Part shown: positions 8,330 to 16,344 of the stretch, one piece after another
How positions within the stretch are numbered: the stretch's first letter is position 1
Layout of the letters: each line of letters begins with the position of its first letter
Assembly: GCA_045568075.1 (NCBI GenBank)
Contig: JBJLBP010000001.1
Span: 1,530,001 to 1,562,000, forward strand
Length of the DNA stretch: 32,000 nucleotides
Direction: 5' to 3'
Origin: Candidatus Thalassarchaeaceae archaeon
GTDB taxonomy: Archaea; Thermoplasmatota; Poseidoniia; Poseidoniales; Thalassarchaeaceae
The notes under the pieces: model-generated
The model's database searches: none
What the model was told of the DNA's origin: nothing
Seen by the model: the letters and a program-made list of their open reading frames with translations, nothing else
Translations under genes and position numbers: made by a program

Positions 8330-8412
8330 TCATCAAATCATCCCTGATTGAGTCGTCTGAGCTAAGTTGGCAACAGAATCCTATTACACATTGAATTTCG
8401 GCAAGTGGTTGC

Positions 8413-9501
8413 ATGTTCCGCATCCGAATGGTCGAACAGCCAATGCCAACGGGTTCTCGAGACCCGGATGTCCTGCTCGCTTGGCTACTCGATTCGATGG
8501 GATTAGTTCGCTCGCGCAGCGAAGGTGCTACCATCGACGAGGAACAAGGTGCAATCCATCGGATAGTCAGGCACACACTCCTTGAAGAGCCGCTGCGCGG
8601 CTGGGATAACGCCGCAATTTCCGAATTCTCCGGCCTCTCTCAGACTGGTGTGCACAACCAGATGCACAAGCTGCGCGAAGTGGGTTTGGTTAGTTCACAG
8701 TTGGCCGGCCGCTGGCACGTCAATGTGCTGCGTGGAGGATCGATGGCTGGGGCGGTCGAGCTTGTTGCAGTTCAGACACGAGCCATCGCATGGATGAGAT
8801 TGGCTGAGTTGAGTGGGCTAATCAGCGAGTCCGAGCAACGTATGTCGGAGGCTAGCGAAGAGGACTCGCAAGATTTCAGAATCGATATCGCCGAGCCTGG
8901 GCCGAGCGCTGAGGGCTCTGATAGGCTCGATGCCCTGATCACTGATCTGGGTATAATCGGTGATCGCGTCAAGTCGGGCGATACCGTCGCTCGGCGTGTA
9001 TTCGAAGAATTGGCGTCCAGCGACCGCCCGCTTACACTGCAAACACTGGCCGACCGTACTGATGAAACTCGTTCACGAGCGCAGCGAGTTGTTGAGAGAT
9101 TGCGTCAAGCGGGTATCGTCGATAGGGTGGCTATGCGCGACCGTATCGCCATGGATGTCTATGCGGGCCTCATGAGGCAACATTCGGCCCGCGGTGAAGA
9201 ATGGCTGATGGGACGAGGCGGTCTTGGCCGCCTCGATGAGGAAGTATCCTCGGCCTTGCTAACAGGAGCAAAAAAGAAGAAATTAAGCATCGAAAAGGTC
9301 GAGGATATCCTCGCTACAGTTTCAATCGATGCACAGCGACTACTCCTCAATACACTCGGTGGCCGCATGCCTTACGGCTACCGCATCGCTGGGAAAAACG
9401 GCGCTGATATCGCCGAGCGGGTAATGACCAATATCGACAGAACTCTGCGCCGATGGAAAACTGTCGCGCAACGACTCGATGAAGCGGTTGTCAGTGAGTA
9501 A
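8413..9501 (+). CDS. Hypothetical cytoplasmic protein with at least two winged-helix-like DNA-binding segments
   Basis: The first segment is WDNAAISEFSGLSQTGVHNQMHKLREVGLVSSQ. The second is SSDRPLTLQTLADRTDETRSRAQRVVERLRQAGIVDRV. No enzymatic motifs were seen. The start could instead be the ATG at 8428. Confidence 0.5.
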   Translation: MFRIRMVEQPMPTGSRDPDVLLAWLLDSMGLVRSRSEGATIDEEQGAIHRIVRHTLLEEPLRGWDNAAISEFSGLSQTGVHNQMHKLREVGLVSSQLAGRWHVNVLRGGSMAGAVELVAVQTRAIAWMRLAELSGLISESEQRMSEASEEDSQDFRIDIAEPGPSAEGSDRLDALITDLGIIGDRVKSGDTVARRVFEELASSDRPLTLQTLADRTDETRSRAQRVVERLRQAGIVDRVAMRDRIAMDVYAGLMRQHSARGEEWLMGRGGLGRLDEEVSSALLTGAKKKKLSIEKVEDILATVSIDAQRLLLNTLGGRMPYGYRIAGKNGADIAERVMTNIDRTLRRWKTVAQRLDEAVVSE

Positions 9502-9518
9502 TCCAGCTTCAAACAGGC

Positions 9519-9890
9519 CTATTCAGCAGACTCGGCATGGGCCTCTAGCAATTCAATATCGCAAGCCACCAATGCCTCCTCGTGGGTTGCTTCGAGCACA
9601 ACCGGACAAGCAACCCCAGCCTCGACAGCATCCTGCCAAGTCTGCGCACAGACACACCAACGATCTCCGGGTTTGAGTCCGGGGAATCCATGCTCAGGAG
9701 CCGGTGTAATCAGGTCGTTTCCCCGTGAGCGGGCGAATTCGAGGAACTCTTGTGTCAGTATACAACAGACGGTGTGTGAGCCTCGATCACGGGCATCGGT
9801 ATTGCAGCAACCATCACGGAACCAGCCGGTCTTTGGAGCTAGAGAACATGTCTCCAATTCGCCGCCGAGGACATTGATAGAATCGTGCAT
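9519..9890 (-). CDS. DUF2237-family conserved Cys-rich protein
   Basis: NVLGGELETCSLAPKTGWFRDGCCNTDARDRGSHTVCCILTQEFLEFARSRGNDLITPAPEHGFPGLKPGDRWCVCAQTWQDAVEAGVACPVVLEATHE matches my recollection of the DUF2237 (COG3651) consensus almost end to end. The start overlaps the dus stop as TGATG. Confidence 0.85.
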   Translation of the reverse strand: MHDSINVLGGELETCSLAPKTGWFRDGCCNTDARDRGSHTVCCILTQEFLEFARSRGNDLITPAPEHGFPGLKPGDRWCVCAQTWQDAVEAGVACPVVLEATHEEALVACDIELLEAHAESAE

Positions 9891-10870
9891 CAGACCACCA
9901 GTGCTGTAGTATCGGCGAGCTCTCTGAGGTATTCAGATACCCGCTCGCCGAGCGCATTTTGATCGTTAATAGAATGTAGTTCGACGCGCATATTTGAGGC
10001 TCCTGGAAGACCCTTAGTGAATGATACCGCGTGTCGCTTGAGGTTCTTACATTGACCAGATTCGTAGACTTCTTTACTCAATTCTAGATAACGCTGCCAA
10101 CACCAAGAACGTGCTACTGCAGGGTTATCCTCACCCCAAGGGGCCGTTTCATTAGTCCAACCCAGGTCTCTCTTAATTTCGTGGAAAATTGTTGGCCGGC
10201 CGATTGCTCCGCGACCAATCATTAGTCCGGCCGCACCGGTTGCTTCGATGCAGGCAGCAGCACTTGCAGCATCGACGACATCCCCATTGGCGATGACTGG
10301 GATGTCGACAGCCTCGACTATTCTACGAATCTGCGACCAATCAGCCTCACCGGCGTAGCGTTGACTCAGCGTCCTCCCATGCACGCAGATTCTTCCAATT
10401 CCCTCAGCCTCCAACCTCTGACAAATATCCAAAGCAGTATTTGGTCCACTTCCAGTTCCGAGTCGCATCTTCACGGTAATCGGAACATCAGACGCTTCAA
10501 TGCAAGCGCGTACCATTCGCACAACCTTGTCCGGGTCACGTAGTAGAGCAGCACCGGCATCGTTGCGGCAGACCTTGGGCGCAGGGCAACCAAAATTGAG
10601 ATCGATGATGTCCGCTCGATCGTGCAAAAGTTGCACAGTTGCGACCATTTCATCGATATCGCCACCGAAAATCTGCGGGATAAATGGAGACTCGCGAGGA
10701 TCGGATTCCACTTTCAGCCAGGAGTGTTTGGCATGACGGGAGAGCCCTGAGGCGGCGGTGAATTCAGTGAAAGTCAGGTCAGCACCAACCTCGCGAGCGA
10801 GGAGGCGGTAAGCCAGATCGGTGACCCCCGCCATCGGCGCGAGAAACAGAGGAACCGGCTCGACTCCCAT
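9890..10870 (-). CDS. dus: tRNA-dihydrouridine synthase (Dus family, FMN TIM barrel)
   Basis: Diagnostic segments are LAPMAGVTDLAYRLL, DLNFGCPAPKV (catalytic Cys), ITVKMRLG and VIANGDV. Confidence 0.9.
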   Translation of the reverse strand: MGVEPVPLFLAPMAGVTDLAYRLLAREVGADLTFTEFTAASGLSRHAKHSWLKVESDPRESPFIPQIFGGDIDEMVATVQLLHDRADIIDLNFGCPAPKVCRNDAGAALLRDPDKVVRMVRACIEASDVPITVKMRLGTGSGPNTALDICQRLEAEGIGRICVHGRTLSQRYAGEADWSQIRRIVEAVDIPVIANGDVVDAASAAACIEATGAAGLMIGRGAIGRPTIFHEIKRDLGWTNETAPWGEDNPAVARSWCWQRYLELSKEVYESGQCKNLKRHAVSFTKGLPGASNMRVELHSINDQNALGERVSEYLRELADTTALVV

Positions 10871-10934
10871 GTTGTTTCGGCACCGACCCTTCGTTATCAG
10901 GCCAACGCTGGTAGTAGATTCGAAAGTTCCCTAT

Positions 10935-12473
10935 TCAGCGGTTGGCAAAATCCCAATCATCGGCGTGGCGAGGCTTCAACCATCTGCCACGGACCTTGGT
11001 ATTCGATAGGGCTGAGACGAGAGCGTCGATTTCGGAACTTGGTACCTCGACAACACTGATCCGGTCGAGAAGATCGATTCTGCCGATTCGGTCTCCTTTG
11101 AGACCGCCTTCGTTACAAATTACCGCGACGATATCTTTCGGCCTAACGCGATCCACCTTACCGACCGTAAGAGCCAGAGCCGTGTTTCCGGTGTGATTCG
11201 AAGTTTCCTCAAGGTTTGCATCTCCAACCAGCATCTCGATAGCTGCGAGAGCGATTTGTTCTGGCGAGAGATTTGATTCAATAGCCGAGTTGTACGCTGT
11301 TCTAGCGAGTTGACCCGGCTCGTTTTCCATCATCTCTTCGACCAATCTGATAGTCTGCAATTCTTCGACTTCAGCCGCCGTAGGAAGTGGCTCCTTGCCA
11401 AGACGTCCTGCTACTTTGTTCAACATTCCAATTCGGCGGCTGACGCCCTTCGAAATCAGAAGAATACTTCGGCCTTCACGGCCAGCTCGGCCAGTGCGGC
11501 CGACGCGATGGACATAGACCTCTGAATTCGAGGGCATATCGTCCTGAATGACCAGATCGACGGCCTCGACATCAAGTCCTCGAGCCGCCACATCAGTGGC
11601 GACGAGGAGATTCGAACGACCATTTCGGAACCGCGTCATTACATTGTCACGGTGCTTTTGTTGGTAACCGCCGTGAAGCGACTCCGCACCGATGTGAGAC
11701 AATTCCTTTGCCAATTCCTCGGTACGGTTTCGAGTTCGACAGAAAATGATGCAGGCCTCGGGGTCGTATCGCACAAGAAGCCGCTCGATGGCCTGCCCTC
11801 GGCTCCTCTTGGGAACGATGAGAACCGATTGGACCACAGTATCAGCAGCCTTCAGTGGCCCTGATCCCGCTTTGATTGTAATCGGTTGGTCGAGAGCAGC
11901 ATTTGCCAGTCTCTCGACCGATTTCGGCATCGTCGCTGCAAGCAAGAGCGTTTGACACTCTTGTGGCATAGCCGCATTGATGCGATCGAGGTCGTCAGAG
12001 AATCCCATACTGAGCATCTCGTCTGCCTCATCCAAAACGAACATCTCGATATCGCCAAGATTGACCGTGCCTTGATCGATGTGATCGCACAATCGTCCGG
12101 GCGTCGCGACGATGTTCGAATCAGGGCGCCGCTTCAGCGCCCGCTTTTGGTCGCGGAAAGGCGCTCCTCCAATCAGACAGACGGAGGGGTGAGTCCCTCC
12201 ACACATGCGATTGAAATCATCCTGAACCTGTAATGCAAGCTCGCGCGTGGGAGCAAGGATAAGCGAGCGAGCACCCAATTGCAGAATCGGAATCACGTAA
12301 GCCGCGGTCTTTCCAGTACCTGTTTGAGCGGTAGCGAGTATGTCGCGGCCTTGCAAAGCCACTGGAATCACTTCTGCCTGAACTGGAGTCATTTCCTCAA
12401 AGCCCATTCCAATCAAAGAATTGGCGATGTATGGCCGAAGCTCGAGCGAATCGAATCTAATGTCTTGGTCCAT
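10935..12473 (-). CDS. DEAD-box ATP-dependent RNA helicase with a DbpA-type C-terminal RNA-binding domain (DeaD/CsdA-like)
   Basis: The Q motif is GFEEMTPVQ and motif I is AQTGTGKTAAY. PTRELA, VLDEADEML, AAT (a SAT variant) and HRVGRTGRAGREG are also present. The C-terminal segment VGKVDRVRPKDIVAVICNEGGLKGDRIGRIDLLDRISVVEVP matches a DbpA-type RBD. Confidence 0.9.
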   Translation of the reverse strand: MDQDIRFDSLELRPYIANSLIGMGFEEMTPVQAEVIPVALQGRDILATAQTGTGKTAAYVIPILQLGARSLILAPTRELALQVQDDFNRMCGGTHPSVCLIGGAPFRDQKRALKRRPDSNIVATPGRLCDHIDQGTVNLGDIEMFVLDEADEMLSMGFSDDLDRINAAMPQECQTLLLAATMPKSVERLANAALDQPITIKAGSGPLKAADTVVQSVLIVPKRSRGQAIERLLVRYDPEACIIFCRTRNRTEELAKELSHIGAESLHGGYQQKHRDNVMTRFRNGRSNLLVATDVAARGLDVEAVDLVIQDDMPSNSEVYVHRVGRTGRAGREGRSILLISKGVSRRIGMLNKVAGRLGKEPLPTAAEVEELQTIRLVEEMMENEPGQLARTAYNSAIESNLSPEQIALAAIEMLVGDANLEETSNHTGNTALALTVGKVDRVRPKDIVAVICNEGGLKGDRIGRIDLLDRISVVEVPSSEIDALVSALSNTKVRGRWLKPRHADDWDFANR

Positions 12474-12589
12474 GACAGGCAGCCCCTCCGGCTACATCCG
12501 GACAACCTGCCCGCCCTGCTCTTCCTATTTGGTCGGCTCGGGTCTAAGCAGTCGGCGCTCAAAACACCGAAAGTGCCGAATCTTGAGTT

Positions 12590-13204
12590 TCAGAAAGTGG
12601 ATTCCCACTCTTCGACGTTTTGGGCTCGCTCCCAGTCCGCGTAATTCGTGCTGCCACGAGCAGTCAGGATCTCGCGAGCCAAGAGCCAGTAGATCAAAGC
12701 CAGCGAGCGGCGACCCTTATTGTTGGCAGGCAGAGCCAAGTCGACATTGCGAAGAGTGTTGTTTGCATCGACGATTCCAACGATTGGCAGGCCAGTGGAG
12801 ACAGCCTCTGAGAGGGCCTGAGCATCCGCAGCCGGATCGGTCACGAAGAGGACCTCCGGCTCCTGATAGGTTCGTAGTCGAGGGTTAGTCATCGTGCCTG
12901 GAATGAAGCGGCCAACGATGCGCTTGGCACCGATTGACTGAGCGAACTTACGAGCAGGACGCTGTCCATACTGGCGAGCGCTGACGACGAGGATGCGTTC
13001 TGGGTCGTAGCGAGAGAGGAATTTTGCAACCGTGCGGATGCGCTCATCCGTCTGGTTGATGTCAATCAAGTGCAGTCCGCTACCATCAGCACGATCGGTG
13101 TCGATGAAGCGTTGCATGTCCGAGGATTTTTGGTTTGTTCCAATGTGAACCGCGTGCGTCTCATAGACATCATACGGCACTAGGGGTGACTCGATCTCAC
13201 TCAT
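12590..13204 (-). CDS. rps2: 30S ribosomal protein uS2 (archaeal type, about 200 aa)
   Basis: Diagnostic segments are HAVHIGTNQKSSDMQRFI, GLHLIDINQTDERIR, FVTDPAADAQALSEA and IPIVGIVDANN. Confidence 0.9.
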   Translation of the reverse strand: MSEIESPLVPYDVYETHAVHIGTNQKSSDMQRFIDTDRADGSGLHLIDINQTDERIRTVAKFLSRYDPERILVVSARQYGQRPARKFAQSIGAKRIVGRFIPGTMTNPRLRTYQEPEVLFVTDPAADAQALSEAVSTGLPIVGIVDANNTLRNVDLALPANNKGRRSLALIYWLLAREILTARGSTNYADWERAQNVEEWESTF

Positions 13205-13283
13205 GATGGGTCCTCAGCAGCGCGGCGACCTGACCTCTCCTCATAAGCGCTGCGCATCGCCCCAAAGGGGCGTCACAGGTGAA

Positions 13284-13898
13284 TCAGCGATCTTGCAGAA
13301 CCGATAAATCGGTGCATTCACCTGTATCGTGAATCTCAGCAAAGCGAACACATGGCTTGGTTATGGTCAATGACATGTCGAAGTGATCGTGGAACGAAGC
13401 TTGGTCGACTGGGGAATCCCAACCGTATCCGCGTGCATCGATTTCAACCAGCCAATTGCCATTTACAAGATCAGAAAATTCGAAGCGCTCCAAGGGATAA
13501 TCCTGGGTTGCCTTCACCTCCCAATACGGGTTTCCTCCTGCAGCCTTGACTCCAGGTTCCCAGACACGTACCTCGACATATCGGTACTCGTTTGTCCCGT
13601 TAGGAACGACCTGCTCAAGGATGCTTGAGTATGGGAACTGTGCGCGGAAGACGATTGTTAGTTTCGATACTGTATCGTCGAATGTGATTGGAGTCTCGTT
13701 AGTGTATTGAATCGCTTCGATTGAATCGGAGTCGAATGTGATATCCCAAAAGTAGGATTCTTCCTTGTTGATTACTTCTGGTTCTTCGCGCATAGTTTCC
13801 ATGATTTCACGTTGTATCACGAGTCCTAGACATCCTGCGCTGACTGTTGACACAACGAGCATTAGCAGCAACCCGACCGCTGCCGACTGCGTGCGCAT
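13284..13898 (-). CDS. Hypothetical secreted protein or lipoprotein
   Basis: The signal peptide has a lipobox-like Cys (LLLMLVVSTVSAGCLGL). There are no recognisable catalytic motifs. Confidence 0.55.
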   Translation of the reverse strand: MRTQSAAVGLLLMLVVSTVSAGCLGLVIQREIMETMREEPEVINKEESYFWDITFDSDSIEAIQYTNETPITFDDTVSKLTIVFRAQFPYSSILEQVVPNGTNEYRYVEVRVWEPGVKAAGGNPYWEVKATQDYPLERFEFSDLVNGNWLVEIDARGYGWDSPVDQASFHDHFDMSLTITKPCVRFAEIHDTGECTDLSVLQDR

Positions 13899-14071
13899 GG
13901 TCTAGTTGGGCCACCACTTAGACTTCAACCGAACGCTTCGATGTCGTCCTCTAAAGCCGAAAATAAGGCTTCTAGGTTGCACGGCAATACGTGCATCTTG
14001 TCCACTTAGTCCGATTTTGAGGGAATTCTAGCAAACTGGCACATTCTTGACCACTCAAGGTTTCGGAGAGA

Positions 14072-14142
14072 GTGCCTCAATGACGACAAGAGGGTAACTG
14101 AGCCGTAAGGCGTTGACGTGCCCTGTGAGTACCGAGAGGCAC
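14072..14142 (+). ncRNA. Candidate archaeal box C/D sRNA (2'-O-methylation guide)
   Basis: Read directly from the sequence, the layout is GTGCCTC-A-[ATGACGA]-CAAGAGGGTAA-[CTGA]-GCCGTAAGGCGT-[TGACGT]-GCCCTGTGAGTA-[CCGA]-GAGGCAC. The 7-bp terminal stem GTGCCTC/GAGGCAC is perfect. The order is C, 11 nt, D', 12 nt (a GCC-GTAA-GGC hairpin), C', 12 nt, D. The GA dinucleotides needed for the k-turns are all kept, and the deviations from consensus fall at the U.U position. The element lies in a 285-nt gap in an otherwise tightly packed region. Confidence 0.35.
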
Positions 14143-14183
14143 AATCGATCATCACGCGCCTAGCGCGTTGTACGAAAGAAGAA

Positions 14184-14882
14184 TCATTCTTCTTCGTCGG
14201 CTACTGCCCTAGGTTCGTGCACTTCGCGGAAAATGACGGTGCCAACTTCGAGGTGCTCTCGTAGCGCGCGCACGAGAGAGAACTTGGCGTATGCCCAATT
14301 CTGGTCGTATGCAATCGAGTCAGGGAGAGTGATGGTCACATCTTCACCCTCGAACTCGACTTCGAAGTCTGAACGTCCGGTGTTCATCTGCAGAAGAGTT
14401 GCGACGCGCTCAGCGCGGTCTTCGACCACCTTGATGATCGTGTAGGTGTAGCGCAAGGTTGTACCCGCGAGAGGATGATTGTAGTCGATTCGAGCGCGGC
14501 CGGCGCGAAGCATCTGCAGGACGCCGTTGCGTCCGCCAATCTCGACGGGAGCACCGATAGCCAGCATGTTAGGGTCGCGGACGCTGCGCATCAAGACATT
14601 CTGTGAAATTGTCTCGACAAGGGAAGCATCGCGCTCGCCGTAAGCCTCAGTAGGTTCGATGTCGAAGGTGTACTCGGTTTCAGCATCAGCCTCAGAGAGG
14701 TGAGCTTCGAATCCGCCGATGAGACGACCGTCGCCGATGACGGTGATCATTGGCTCGTAAGTGCGACCTTCTTGGAACACCTCGTGCTCCTTGGCAACTT
14801 CCTCGCGAGTCGTCTCGATGATATCGCCGCTATCGGCGTTGTACAGGTCGTAATCGATGTGAACGATGGCTCCGTTGTCCAT
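14184..14882 (-). CDS. Long-type archaeal FKBP peptidyl-prolyl cis-trans isomerase with an insert-in-flap and a C-terminal domain
   Basis: The protein starts MDNGAIVHIDYDLYNADSGDIIETT. IDYNHPLAGTTLRYTYTI matches the FKBP signature d.NHPLAG..L.f. The ORF-track start at 14996 adds 38 non-homologous residues, so the ATG at 14882 is preferred. Confidence 0.85.
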   Translation of the reverse strand: MDNGAIVHIDYDLYNADSGDIIETTREEVAKEHEVFQEGRTYEPMITVIGDGRLIGGFEAHLSEADAETEYTFDIEPTEAYGERDASLVETISQNVLMRSVRDPNMLAIGAPVEIGGRNGVLQMLRAGRARIDYNHPLAGTTLRYTYTIIKVVEDRAERVATLLQMNTGRSDFEVEFEGEDVTITLPDSIAYDQNWAYAKFSLVRALREHLEVGTVIFREVHEPRAVADEEE

Positions 14883-15072
14883 GGTAAGCCCCCTATGAGC
14901 GACCCGCCGACCTATCTCCCCTTTTTGATACGCTCGGTTCACCCAAAGGGTGAGTGTATCTCTAAATTGAGGTACTGAACCAATGCTCGTCGCCATTCGA
15001 CTTATCCATGATAAGGGGCACCCCTGAAATGGAAATCGGCAATGGGACGGTTTTCTGAAGGGAGGAAAAAGA

Positions 15073-16326
15073 ATGGACGTCTATGACATTCTCTTTGATG
15101 TAGCAGAAGTGCTGGTGCCACTTTTTATCGTCGGCTTGATTTTGACCTGGATGTTCCGTGATGTCCCCAAGGAAGCCCGGCCATGGGCGATGCTGAAACG
15201 GCGCATTACTGGCAATCTGAACAAAGAAGAAATGGAAGCGAAGAAAGAGAGATCTGATATGAGAGCCGAAGCCACAATGTTGGCTTCGAAGTTCGCATTT
15301 ACGAATGTCCCAAGGCACCTCTTACGACTCGCAATTGTCGTTTTTGTCGGCGGTTTCGTATACAGTTTCGTAATTTTATCACCGATGGACACGAGCGATT
15401 GGAAGCCGGTCGATGCCACAATCGTCGATACTGGATGGGCTCATACTTGGTGTGAAGAGAATTTTGAAGGAGGTTGCCATTATGAGGGGCATTTCCCAAA
15501 CATCAGGTTCACTTGGCAAATTGATGAGGTGACATACGAGAGTGAGCGGTATACATTCAACCCAGTGAATCTCTCGTCTTGGGATGAGGTTCAGATATGG
15601 TTGGAGGATTATCCTGAGGGCTCGGCGACGACTGCATACTACAATCCAGACAACCCCTCAGATGCAGTGCTGATTACCCACAATCTTCTGGAGGCCTACG
15701 GATATAGTGGAAATTGGTTTGAGCAAATCTGTCTATCCATTTTCTGCTTACCGATACCACTGATGCTTTGGATTACGGTGTTACGCTTCGAAAGAACACT
15801 TCCAGAGCACCGAGGTAAGCGATTCAAACTCTCCATCAACCCGCCTAGTGCAGATTCATTTTGGAAGCACCCCTCTCCTGAGCTTCTGCAACTCCAGAAG
15901 GAAGCACGGAATCGGTATCTCAAACAAAATTACGAGAAATTCGGAGATAGTTTCCAAGAGGCGATGGAGATTGCCGAGGAGCTCGACGCTGAGACGGAGG
16001 AACTCAGCGGGGAATTAGGGAATTTCCATATCATCGCCGATGGCGTCGAGAAAGAAATCAAAGTGAAGTCTGTCGGTGAATTATTCCGCAAGATTGGAGA
16101 CATTTTCGAGGACAGTGGGACACTATTCCTTGAGGATTCTAAGCAGGATGGTCGTCGACTTGATTTCGAATTCAATAATGACGATGTAATTGTGCGTGAG
16201 TTGAACGGTGAGGATTTGGTTTTGGAAGAGACTCTGGGTGAAGAAGTCGTATACGGAAGAATTCTAGAGATTCTAAAAAATGCACTAGCAAAGACCACAG
16301 AAGAGGATGAAGAGTGGTGGAGCTGA
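15073..16326 (+). CDS. Membrane protein with a DUF3592-like extracytoplasmic domain between TM helices and an acidic, probably coiled-coil cytoplasmic tail of about 170 aa
   Basis: The TM helices are VLVPLFIVGLILTWMF, LAIVVFVGGFVYSFVILS and ICLSIFCLPIPLMLWITVL. The DUF3592-like pattern is WKPVDATIVDTG...FPNIRFTWQIDEVTYESERYTF...YPEGSATTAYYNPDNPSDAVL. Confidence 0.6.
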   Translation: MDVYDILFDVAEVLVPLFIVGLILTWMFRDVPKEARPWAMLKRRITGNLNKEEMEAKKERSDMRAEATMLASKFAFTNVPRHLLRLAIVVFVGGFVYSFVILSPMDTSDWKPVDATIVDTGWAHTWCEENFEGGCHYEGHFPNIRFTWQIDEVTYESERYTFNPVNLSSWDEVQIWLEDYPEGSATTAYYNPDNPSDAVLITHNLLEAYGYSGNWFEQICLSIFCLPIPLMLWITVLRFERTLPEHRGKRFKLSINPPSADSFWKHPSPELLQLQKEARNRYLKQNYEKFGDSFQEAMEIAEELDAETEELSGELGNFHIIADGVEKEIKVKSVGELFRKIGDIFEDSGTLFLEDSKQDGRRLDFEFNNDDVIVRELNGEDLVLEETLGEEVVYGRILEILKNALAKTTEEDEEWWS

Positions 16327-16344
16327 CCACACTTTCGAATCAGA

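Noticed and set aside
12474-12589. Possible terminator or ncRNA between rps2 and the DEAD-box helicase (CAC-tttcg-GTG followed by TTTT on the minus strand)
   Set aside because: The stem is only 3 bp. A T4 tract alone may act as an archaeal termination signal, but the evidence is too weak to annotate.
14149-14155. Perfect C-box heptamer GTGATGA on the minus strand of the 285-nt spacer, with another at 31041-31047
   Set aside because: Neither has a correctly spaced D'/D (CUGA) box or a terminal stem downstream on that strand. The + strand candidate at 14072-14142 fits the full architecture far better.
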